Shown: positions 42,001 through 54,000 of the stretch, in pieces
How positions within the stretch are numbered: position 1 is the first letter of the stretch
How the letters are laid out: every line of letters begins with the position of its first letter
Notes under the pieces: model-generated
What the model was told of the DNA's origin: nothing
Database searches by the model: none
The model's input: the letters and a program-made list of their open reading frames with translations, nothing else
Source of the DNA: Phaeosaccion multiseriatum
Lineage: Eukaryota > Protista > Ochrophyta, other classes
Reading direction: 5' to 3'
Assembly: GCA_965112735.1 (NCBI GenBank)
Contig: OZ218950.1
Span: 2,356,001-2,420,000, forward strand
Length of the DNA: 64,000 bases
Made by a program: the position numbers and the translations under genes

Positions 42001-45000
42001 TGCCGTGGGCAGAGAGGAACACGTTTACCTCCGAGCATGCCACTGTCGTGGACCCATCCACCAATCGCTCCACGCCAGGCACACTGGCGCCTGCCACCTC
42101 CAGCGGGGCCGTGAAGACGAGGCCCTTCATGCACGCCTGGCCATCGGCGGGGAAGGCCTCGCCCCTCAGTAGCGTGGCCAGGGCCAGCTCAATGTAGCCC
42201 ATGCCCGGCATGAGCACCACCCCCCCCACTGCGTGCTCCTGCAGCAGGCCCTTGAGCCTTGGAGAGAATGGGCAGGACAGCAGCACCCCGCCCTTCTCAT
42301 CTCGCACCCCTCCACTCGGGCAAAAAGCGTGATTATCGCTCTTGTACCACGGGAAGGCCACACGATTCGGGAAGAGCGCCTCCTCCTTGACGAAGGGGCC
42401 CCCATCGCCATTCATGCCAGCCATCGGTACGGACTCACGCTTGTTCCCGTAGCTCCTCAGCAGCACGTGTGAATTCGTTCCTCCTGCCCCGAACGAGCTA
42501 ACCCCCACCAACACGTCTTCCTCGTCCTCCAGCTGCACCATCGCCGACGGGAGCTGCACGGGGAAGCCGTCCATGTCCAGCTCTGGGTTGATGCTCTCGA
42601 GGTGGAGGTTGGCGGGCACCGCGCGGTGCTGCAGCATCAAGACGGCCTTGATGAGCCCAGCAATGCCCGCCGCACCCTCCAGATGGCCGATATTGGTCTT
42701 GACCGCACCCACTACCAGCGGGAAAGAGTCGGCGCGGTTCTTTCCGTACGTGGCCCTGAGAGCGCTCATCTCGATGGGGTCGCCGAGCGAGGTGCCCGTG
42801 CCGTGCGCCTCCACGATGCGTACCTCGGAGCCCTCTCGACCGGCCTCACGCAGCGTCGCCTCGATGAGTCTCTGCTGGGCGGCGGGGCTGGGGGCAGTGA
42901 GGCGGGCACTGGTTCCGTTGTGGTTCACGGCACAGCCCTCAATCACAGCGAGGACCGTGTCTCCGGCAGCGAGGGCGTCATCTAGGTGTTTCAGCACAAC
43001 GGCACCGCATCCTTCACCACGCACGTATCCGTTTGCCGACGCGTCGAACGTCTTGCAGCGCCTGAGAAGGGCATGGGAATTGTGGGGTGGGGTGAGGTAA
43101 GTTGACTTCAATGGCACTCAAGTCGTTCTCACTGTGCGACTTGCCAGAGAGGCGATGGCCAAAGGGGGAAGAACAACAGGAATGGAAGCACTCCACACTC
43201 ACACGCACATACCCGTCGGGCGATAAGAAACCACTTCCCTTCAGCCTTTCGAAGCTCTGCGTGCCGAGCAACAGATTCACTCCGCCCACCACGGCTGCGT
43301 CGCACTTGCCCATGCGTAAGCTGCTGCAAGCGCTGTCCAGGGCCACCAGAGAGGACGAGCACGCCGTGTCAGTGGTCATGGACGGGCCCTGCAGTCCGAG
43401 CGTGTACGACAGACGATTGGACACGCTTGCCCCTGCTGCGCCCATGGTGCTATACACGCCTGTCGACGACGAGCCTTCCCCGCGTGCTCCCCAGTCACTG
43501 CCGCTCATGCCCACGAACACTCCGGTCTGACTGCCACTCAGGCTTTGCTTGGTATAGCCCGCAGTCACAAGCGCCTCCAGTCCCACCTCCAGCATCACCC
43601 GTTGGTGTGGGTCCATGGCAGAAGCCTCAGCACTGGTAATGCCGAACACAGATGAATCGAACATTTCCACGCCGTCGATGAAGCTTCCTTGCCACTGCTG
43701 CTCATCCTCCTCCTTGCTCGCCCAGCGGTCGAGCGGAGCAGGCTGGACACAGTCCTTGCCATTGCTAAGCATGGCCCAAAACTCCTCTGGGCTGTTCGAA
43801 CCACCTGGCAAGCGGCACGCCATGCCCACCACCGCCAACGGTGCCTTCATGTCGCCCCTCTGGTATCCAATCGACTCACTCTCACCCTCATCATCCTCCT
43901 CAGATCCCATCACCAAGGCTTCCAGCCAGGTAGACAGCGCTACGATTGAGGGGTGACTGAAGAGCACGTCGTTGGGGACGGACACGCCGAAGCGAGCTTG
44001 GAGTCGACTCCGGAGCTCCACCGTAGACATGGAGTCCAGCCCAGCCTCCATCAAAGGCGTATCAGCCTCGAGCACGGTGCCCGCTTCACCAATGCATGCC
44101 GTTGCGATCTCCGTGATGACGCCTTCCAGCATGGGCTTCCGACTCGGCTCTGGCATCTCCAGCAGGTCACGCCTCACGGCAGCAGTAACGTTATTCCCCA
44201 CCCCGTTTCCCGCGCGGCTACCCAAGCCCGCATCCTCTACGAGGGCCTCAAGCATTGTCGAGCCACCAAAAGCCCCCGGCGCAGATACTTGCCAGTCCAT
44301 TCCCGGCGCCACCAGGAGCTCGCGTGATGCCGCAGATGGGGATGACACGCTGGCATCAAGCGCCGCCATACCCAATGCATTGCTGATGAGCCCAACGCCG
44401 GCCATCTCCAGACTGGCCATGGCAACTTCGGACCGAGCGGCCATGCCAGCTTCGCCCCACGGCCCCCACTGGAGGGCCACAGAGCTGGAGTGACCGAGGC
44501 GCCGACGATGCTGCATCAGCCCGTCCACAGCAGCGTTGGCTGCAGCATAGTTGGCTGCAGCATAGTTGGCCTGGCCTGCATTGCCAAGCACACCTGCCAT
44601 GGATGTGTAGGACACAAAGAAGTCCAAGGGCCAGGCCATCTGCACCGACAGCTCGTGCAGATTCCAAGCGCCCTCCACCTTCGGCTTGAAGACCTCTTCG
44701 ATACTCTCGGGCGTCTGGTCCACCAGCAAGCGATCGTCGAGCACGCCAGCAGCATGGATGACACCTCGCACGGGCGGCATGCAGCTGAGCGCCGTGCCTA
44801 GGGCCTTCTCAAGCGACTGCGCGCTAGACACGTCGCACGATACAGCCTTGGTGCTCACCCCGCCGGCCACGGTGAGAAGCTCCTCCCACAGCGCCTGGGA
44901 GTCCGCCTTGACTTTTCCCCCTCGCGAGAGCAGTACAAGATGATGAGCTCCTTTATCGGCCAAATGCTTCGCAGTCGCCAGCCCCAGCGCCCCCAGCCCA

Positions 45001-48000
45001 CCGCTGATGACATAAGTCCCGCCTCGCACGACGGGAATACCACACTCAGGGCTTTTGAGCACAACCTTCCCTATGTGCTTCGCAGTTCTGAGGAAGTTCA
45101 TTGCATCCGCAAGCTCATCCCTCAAGTCGAATGTCTTCACTGGTAGCGCCTCGGCCCTGCCCGCCTCGCTGCCCGCTGTCAGCTGCTCCAGCCCAGCGAA
45201 CGCCCAGCCCTGCTTCTCGGCCTTGAAGTCGTCTGCTATCATGCAGTCCAGCGCAATCATCTCGTACAGCACGTCGGGCCTGGCAGCCTTCATCGCCTCC
45301 CTGGTCCACACGCCTCGCTTGCCAATCTCCATGAAGCGCCCGTTCTTCGTCAGCAGCTCCAGAGAGTAAGGGATGAAGTTGTCCGACAGGCAATTGAGTA
45401 CCACATCCACCTTCGCAGCTCCAATGGAAGCCTTGAAGGCCTCCGCATCTCGCGACGACGCAATGTGCTTCACACCCAGGCCTCGCAAGTAGGCGTGCTT
45501 CTCAACGGATCCAGCAGTGGCGTAGATCTCCGCTCCGATGCGCTGAGCAATCTGCACGGCCACCAGACCCACTCCACCTGACGCGGCATGGATGAGCACC
45601 TTCTCACCACGCTTCAAGCCAGCGAGTTGCTCGAATGCATGCACCACTGTGAGCCACGCGATAGGCAGCGCTGCCATGTCCTCGAAGGTCCTGTTGGAAG
45701 GCATGTTGGCCAGACACACGTCACTTGTCGTTACGTGGGAGCAGAAGCAGCCCTTGTCCGGAAACCCGTAGACCTTGTCTCCCACTTGAAAGCGCGACTT
45801 TCGCGATGATCGAGTGACCACCCCCGATAGCTCGATGCCAGGCTGTCCAGGGTCGCCAGGGTACAGGTCGAGCACATTCAGCACGTCTCTGAAGTTGAGC
45901 CCCACCGCCTTGACACAAATTTCAATCTCCCCGTCCTGCAAGGCAGTGTCTCTCTCGGAAGGGAGTATGTCTCTGCGCTTCAAGCCTCCCTCGATGGTTC
46001 CCCTCGCCATGAGATCGAAAGAGAAGGGAAGGCTGACTACCGAGGAGCGAGTCAGCTGAGGCGTCTTGCATTCTCCTCCTTGCACACGCACATCTTGACT
46101 CTGGAGGGGAAGACCCAACGCCAAGCTCAAGTCCTCCACGTTCGCTTCCACGACCATGATGTGCATCTCTGGCCGCTCGATGCGAACGGAGCGAATCATG
46201 CCAAACACCAGCATGTGTGCCCATCCCTCGCCTCCCCCGCTCAGCGTGTCTTGTAGTAGCACCATCAAGGGGACTGGTCTCTTGGCCAACTGCTGCGTTA
46301 CCGCCAGCAGCTTCTGTGCTCCCTGCTGAGCGGCGCTGGCTGATGACATTGCCGTCTGTCCCTCCCCTCCTCCACCGCCGAGCACGTAAAGCACTCGCGA
46401 CCACTCGCTCCTCTCCAAGCCTCTCACCACATGCTGGTCATAGGCACACTCCTGCACACGCAGCGTCACGTGCTCGGGCACGGATTGCTCAATACGCTTC
46501 ACCAACGCTGCAGCTGTACTTACTCTATCTACCAAAGCCAGCCACGTCTCCTTCTCCATACAAAACTTCCCCGGGGTGGTTGCCAGAGCCAGAGCCTCGT
46601 CTGGCTGCCACTCCAGATAGTATAAGGCTCGACGAAGAGGGTTCAGGAGCGTAAAGCCCTTGGCCCTCTGCAGCTTGACGCCCTTCATGGTCACGAGCAC
46701 GTACTGGCTGTCAAAGTCGGCAATAACAATGTCAAAGTTGACGCTGTCGCGCTTGTCGCTGATCTCGGTGAGCACGGTATGCACCCACACCTTTTCTCCT
46801 CTGATGGCGCCCTTCGCAACGACGTCTTTGCATCCAGCTGGCAAGAATGTAGCACCCTGGGTCAGCTCAGAAGGCAGAAGCGCAAGCATGGTGTGTGCGG
46901 CACTGTCCAGCACGGCGGGGTGGAGGTAGAATCCACGCACCTCCCACTCAGAGCACAGGCTGGGGTCCTGCGCTGTCGCCACGGACAGAGCCTGTCCCTC
47001 GGCAGCGTACAAGCGCTCTGTCCGCCTGAAACGGGGGCCGAAGTTGAAGCCGACCTTAGCGAACGTGGCGTACAGCTCACCCGAAATGTCGCGCTGCCCC
47101 ACTGCCTCCTGGATGCTCCTCACGTCCATCATTGCAGTAGCCTCTCTTGCCTCCAGCACCACTGACGCCGCCCTGGCTACAGCCTCACCTGCCTTGCCGC
47201 GGGGGCCGCCCGTGATCCGCGTCTTGCCGTGGGCAGAGAGGAACACGTTTACCTCCGAGCATGCCACTGTCGTGGACCCATCCACCAATCGCTCCACGCC
47301 AGGCACACTGGCGCCTGCCACCTCCAGCGGGGCCGTGAAGACGAGGCCCTTCATGCACGCCTGGCCATCGGCGGGGAAGGCCTCGCCCCTCAGTAGCGTG
47401 GCCAGGGCCAGCTCAATGTAGCCCATGCCCGGCATGAGCACCACCCCCCCCACTGCGTGCTCCTGCAGCAGGCCCTTGAGCCTTGGAGAGAATGGGCAGG
47501 ACAGCAGCACCCCGCCCTTCTCATCTCGCACCCCTCCACTCGGGCAAAAAGCGTGATTATCGCTCTTGTACCACGGGAAGGCCACACGATTCGGGAAGAG
47601 CGCCTCCTCCTTGACGAAGGGGCCCCCATCGCCATTCATGCCAGCCATCGGTACGGACTCACGCTTGTTCCCGTAGCTCCTGAGCAGCACGTGTGCGTTC
47701 GCTCCTCCTGCCCCGAACGAGCTCACCCCCACCAACACGTCTCCCTCGTCCTCCAGCTGCACCATCGCCGACGGGAGCTGCACGGGAAAGCCGTCCATGT
47801 CCAGCTCCGGGTTGATGCTCTCGAGGTGGAGGTTGGCGGGCACCGCGCGGTGCTGCAGCACCAATACGGCCTTGATGAGCCCGGCAATGCCCGCCGCACC
47901 CTCCAGATGGCCGATATTGGTCTTGACCGCACCCACTACCAGCGGGAAAGAGTCGTCACGGTTCTTGCCGTACGTGGCCCTGAGAGCACTCATCTCGATG

Positions 48001-51000
48001 GGGTCGCCGAGAGAGGTGCCCGTGCCGTGCACCTCAACGTAGTGCACGTCCAAGCCATCAAAGGCGGCCTCGGCAAGAGCCTCCTTAATCACCTCCTGCT
48101 GTGCAAGTGGGTTGGGTGCAGTAAAGCGCACGGACCTGCCGTTGTGGTTCACAGCAGACCCAGTCACCACGGCGAGAATGTTGTCACCATCGGCCTCGGC
48201 ATCATCCAGTCGCTTCAGCACAACGGCACCACAGCCCTCACCCCGCACGTAGCCGTTGGCCGATGCATCAAAGGTTCTACAGCGCCTGATGGCGCGGATA
48301 GGGCATGACAGAGGCAATGAGATGGATATTTGTGAGCAATCCACAGAGGGGTATCAACCGTACAGGTGCATAGCTGCAAGCCGTTCCCTCCCCCACGCGA
48401 GATGCCCTGCCAGAAAACAAGAGAAAAGAGCACGCCCACTCAATGCACTTACCAGTCAGGTGAAAGGAATCCCCCCGCTGCGAGAGCTTCGAAGTCATCG
48501 GTACCCAGGAGCAAGTTTACGCCTCCCACCACGGCGAGATTGCTCTTGCCCCGTCTCAAGCTGCTGCATGCGGCATCCAGCGCAACCAATGATGACGAGC
48601 AGGCAGTGTCTACACTTAAACTCGGTCCCCTCAGCCCGAGGACAGAGGACATTCGGTTGGCAGGACTTGCGTTGGACGTGCCCATCACGGAATATGCGCC
48701 TTTGTTCTCATCTGCAACCACCAAGCCCCAGTCGCTCCCAGACATGCCCACAAACACGCCTGTCTTGCTGCCCTGTAGTGTGCCTTTCTCGTATCCAGCC
48801 TGGTGAAGGGCTTCGAATCCCACCTCCAGTATGAGTCGCTGGTTGGGGTCCATGGCCTGTGCCTCGGCGGCCGAGATGCCGAAGAAGGCGTTGTCGAACA
48901 TCTCCACTCCGTCAATGAAGCCCCCGTGCCACTGCTTCTGCTTGCCATCGTCTGCCCAGCGGTCGACAGGCGCCGCACCAATACAGTCCGTACCTGCAGA
49001 CAGCATGGCCCAGAAGGCCTCGGGGCTGTTCGCACCGCCAGGGAAGCGGCACGCCATGCCAATAACGGCCAGCTGCGCGGTCGAGTCGGCTTGGTTCCGT
49101 AGAGTGCTTGCACCGCCAATAGAGCGAACAGTGGGAGATCCTGTGTCCGCTCCAAGCACTTCCGCTTCCACCCACGCAGCCACCGCTGCTACGGTCGGAT
49201 TGGAGAAGAGCACATCGCTGGACACGTTCACCCCAAAGCGAGACTGCAGCTGGCCACGCATCTCTACCAGTGCCAGCGAATCAAGGCCTGCCTCCATCAG
49301 TGAAGTATTGTCCCTCAGCTTCTCCCCGTTCTGCCCTAGATAACTCCTCGCTATGGCCATCACTTCGGTCGTCGTTGAGCGTTGACTCTCGTCGCGAGGC
49401 GGCTTCAAGGCCATCTCCGTCTCATATGTCTCTTTCGCCGAGGCCAGATTTATCGGAGGACGACGCATCTGAGTACAAGGGACTGCGGGCCACGGGAAAG
49501 CTGTCTTCATCCTCGTGTCGTCCTTTCCTCGCTCGAAGTGAGCAACCTGTGCAGCTCCCTTCCGGATTAGAACATGGGCGTTGACTCCCGATATGCCATA
49601 GCAGTGCATGCCCGCCACACTCCCCTCAAAGGGAGCGTTCCCTGCGCCAGCAGAGGGCAGCCGTATTGCTGCATTGTCCACTTCCAAGCGAGGATGAGGC
49701 GTATAAAGGTGAATATTCGGCGGGACAAAGCCGTGCTGAAGCGCGACCACAGTCTTGATCAGCGCCAGCATGCCTCCGGCGCCCTCCAGATTTCCCATGT
49801 TGGGCTTGGTGGTGCTCACGAGAAGAGGCGCCACCACTGATGTGGATGAAGTGCTGGTCCTGCTACTGCGCAGCTCGCTCTGCAACACGCGGAGCTCCAT
49901 GGCGTCTCCCATCGGTGAGCCCAGACCATGTGCCTCGACAAAGCCCACCTCTGAAGGCGCCACACCCGCCTGCGCGAGCGCCTGCTTCACGGCCTTCCGT
50001 TGAGCGTTTTCATTCGGGGCAGCGATGCTGGCCTTTTTGCTGCTGCTGCTGCTGCTGCCGCTGCTGCTGCTGCCGCTGCTGCTGCTGCCGCTGCTTTGCC
50101 CCTCGTCCTGACACCCGTTGTGCGTGAGGGCGGACGCAAGAATGACCCCGAGCACTCTGTCGCCGCTCGCCTCGGCGTCCTCCAAGCGCTTCAGCACGAC
50201 CGCCCCGCACCCCTCACCCCTCGCGTAGCCATCACCGGCGATATCGTAAGCAGCGCACCGCCCAACCTTGGACAGTAGCTGCAGCTTGGCCATCCAGTCG
50301 AATGCGAAAGGCAAGGACATGATGTTGACACCGCCCACCACTGCAGCAGTCACCTCGCCGCTGCGCAAGCTCGATACGGCCGCGTGGATGGCACCAAAGG
50401 AGGACGAGCAGGCCATGTCGAATCCCATAGAGGGCCCTCCGAGACCGAGGTGATGACTGAGCCGGCTTGCCACGAAGCTTGGAGCACCGCCCACCAGGGT
50501 GTAGGCCCCAGTCTTTGGCACCCTCGCAACGCCCAGCTTCGCCTCCTCACCCTGGTCCTCGATACATTGGGATAGAAACCACTCGACGTTGTTGCACCCC
50601 ACGAACACACCCGTGGAGCTGCGACCGTGCTTTGACTCTGAGCTGGTGCCTGACAACTCTCCGCCTCCCATACCCGCATTGATCATGGCCGCGTCCGCAA
50701 CCTCCAACATTATGCGGTGGTTCACATCCATGTGCTCAGCCTCTCTATGCGTGAGCCCGTACTTTCTGTAGTCGAAGAGATGTGCGTCGTCCAAGAACGC
50801 TCCCATTCTGGCATACGTGTGCTGTCCGCTGCCCACCTCTCCCCACCGGTCTGTGGGAAAGGGCCCGACAGCATCGATGCCCTCGCAGAGGAGCTGCCAC
50901 AGACGCTCAGGGCTGTCAGCGCCCCCGGGGAAGCGGCACGCCATGCCCACAATGGCGATGTGCTTCGATGCAGAGGGATGTGGTGGCACTGCAGCTGGTG

Positions 51001-54000
51001 CCAGCCGCAGAGGAAGTGGCATGACAGCTTCGCCATCTAATGCCACGGAGACTTGCTCAAGGGGGACGATGGGGCTGTCGGCGCCCAGTGTACTATACTG
51101 GGCGTAGCACCGCACTCCCGCAGCATCCACCGACTGCAGGAAGAAAGTGCCCGGCAGCAGTCCCTCCGGCTCGAGCGTGTAGTCTGCGCTGTGCAGCAAC
51201 TCCACGCGCCTTCTCATGCTCGCCTGCATCACCTCGGGATGCACCACCTCTCGCTGGCGCAGCCGCTCCATCATGCCCATGCCTCTTCCGCCCTTAATCG
51301 CAGGCGGAGTCCGCACCTTGAGCGAGTACAGAGTAGCGGCCGATCCTGAGCCGTACGAGTACACCAACACGCGCTTGTCTCGCAAGTCCAGTCCGTCCCT
51401 TTCCGCGTTAACGAACAGCGAGTAGAGGCTCACATACGCCGAGGCGGCGAAGGTGGAGCCCAGCTGCTTGGTGACTCTTGTGGATGGCTCGCAGCGCTCG
51501 TCGTACAGCGCCTTCTTGGCCTCTGTTTCACGTGAGAAGGAAAGTAGACAGACAAACCGACAGGCCATTGGCATGGGGCGACAAGTAAGAGAGTGGTAGA
51601 GCACAACATACATGTGCCACACAGACAAGAAGGGGGTGCTGTCTATGACAACAATTCCGGGCAAACGTACCGAATCCCAGTCCCTTCACCCCCGTGGTTA
51701 GGACCTTGAAGCCACGCTTGCACAGGTACGTGCTGGTGCAGTGGAAGGCGAAGTAGTCTGTCACGCCGCCATCCCCAACGAGCGGCGCCTGGAGCTCTCT
51801 CTGAAGGCGACAGAGGCACTGCCTGAGCGACTCCTCGTACAGCTTCACGCTGACCCCTCCATCGTTGGCAAGGAAAAAGGGGTAGGGGTCGGGCCTGCCA
51901 GCAGGCTTGTAGAAGTCGTGACTATGCGTCATATGAGTCGCTCGGCAGGGCTCCAGCACCACTGGTGCCTCTGGACCCACCAAAATGGCGATAGCAGCAG
52001 CACCGTTCAAAAAGTCTTGCGGTGGGCGGAGGAAGGCGCAGTCCGAAGCAATTACTACCGCCCAGCGCCCGTCCCAGGCTTCGCTGCCGCACCAAGCCGC
52101 GGCGTTGAGGAGTGCCGCCGTCCCGCCATAGCACGCGTTGATGCTGTCCACGCCCTCCACGTCGTTGCACCCGGCGTTGTCAAAGAGCTGCATCAAATAT
52201 GTCTTGATGCTCTTGCTGTAGTCCACAGAGGACTCCGTGCCAACCTGGTCGGGGCGATGATTAGCAGCAGCAGGAGCAGGCGGAGCACGCGTGGGGAAAT
52301 CGATTAAGCTCATCCTCTCACACAATCCTCTCACTCACACCTTCGGTATCATCTGCTGACATGGTTGTGCTCACTGTGAGCACGCATTGCCCCGTCTTAC
52401 CTCCAGCCTGCCCACGTCTTGCCAGCGAACGCCATGCTTGGTCAGAAGTCCGTGTAGTGCCGTCATGGCCATGGAGACAGCATCCTCGCAGGGGTGGCAG
52501 AAGCCCAGCGCCTCCTGCCCCAGGCCGACGGTGAACTTGCCGGGGCACTCGTACAAAGCCTCCATGTCGGTCTGCTTGACGGACAGGTTGGGCACGTACA
52601 GTTCCATGGCATGGATGCCGACATTGGCCCCTGCTCCTCTTCTACTCCGGCTCTGCTTCCCACCCTGCTCTGAAGCCAAGGGGGGCTGCGTGGGCTTGCT
52701 GGCGGTGGAAGGCTCTGGCGGTGGGCTTGTCACAGCAGGCTCTGCGGTGAGTGGGCCGGGGCTTGGCGGCTGGAGTTGCTGTGTTGGGGGTGCTGTGTTC
52801 GCCCCTCCTCTCTCCGCTACCAAAGCAGTAGGAGCGGTCAGAGCCTCCAGCCCCTCCCTACCCTTTCGACGAAGCGCCTCTTGGAAAGCTGTCGAACTCC
52901 ACTGTGCAGAGTCCGAAAACGCATTTCCCGAAGTCACGCACATGGCGATGCCCTACACGTGACAAGAGAAACATTCGCGGATTATTAGATGGAGGACGTG
53001 GAGCTCAGAGCAGTGTACTGAGGTGATGAATGAAGCTCCAGATGTGCGATCATGTTGCGCTTACCAGGGATTCCGTTGCCAGGCGAGCCCGATCAAAGTC
53101 TGGCCTCATGAGCATGAGCGTCTGATCCACACCGCCCTTTGCAGAGGAGGAAATGGTCTCAGCAAGCTCCAGAGCTCGATCCTGAGCCTCCTGTAGGGTG
53201 GGGCACACCTCGTGCACGAGCCCGGCAGAGAGAGCGTCGCTGGAGCTCAGCACATCGTCACGGAGGTACAGCGCCATGGCGGCAGGGGCTCCTACAGTGC
53301 GCTCGAGGTTACGGGACAGGAGCAGGCCTGGGCACACACCCCGCGGGAGGTTTCCGTGGTTGTAGACGCTCCCCGCCACTGCGATACGGAAGTCCGAGTT
53401 CAGCATTGCGGCAAGCCCTCCTCCAAGCACCTGGTGCACAAGAGGGACCGCAAGGAGCGAACGATAAGGGCATTTCAGCGACGGCTAATCGACGTAGAAA
53501 CACAACAACGTGCGAGAAATAGAGCAACCAACACCTCTTGATGCCCAACACCTTCATACCTTGCCGTGGCTCACACATACGACGGGGAGTTTGAGCTCAC
53601 ACAGCCGCGCAAAGGGCTCGTACACCTCGAAGACGAGCTGAGCAGCTGCCATCACGGGGAGCGTTTTAAGAGACTCCGCAAATTCCGCAGGGTTTACTCC
53701 GGTACAGAAGTGCCGCCCTCGCCCCTGCAGCACCACGGCGCGAACCCTTTTGCTGCTGTTCACCTCCTCCAGGGCCTGCGTCAGGGCCGAGGACAGGCTG
53801 CGAGAAATAGCATTGAAGTGCTGCAGGTCGGCGAGCTCCACCACCGCCACGCCCCCTCCTTCACCCCTGTACGACACCTCCACCAGCTTCGCATCGTGCG
53901 CGGGAGGAGGAGGTGCCATGAACCGGCCCATCTCCACTGCTGCTTCCGCCGGGGTGGTCAATGGATACTGCGTCACACAGCGCTCGAGCAGGTCGGGTTG

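Larger units (their letters stand above)
32030..48030. repeat. Tandem repeat of about 3 copies, 5209-bp unit (one PKS module plus one intron)
   Basis: ORF track repeats at 5209-bp offsets (32596/37805/43014); the 151-nt introns are identical. Confidence 0.95.

Noticed and set aside
49160-50960. Module C as the acetyl-donor KS/ACP pair of the branching cassette
   Set aside because: Donor-forming KSs lose the Cys and keep both His; this one keeps the Cys and loses the second His.
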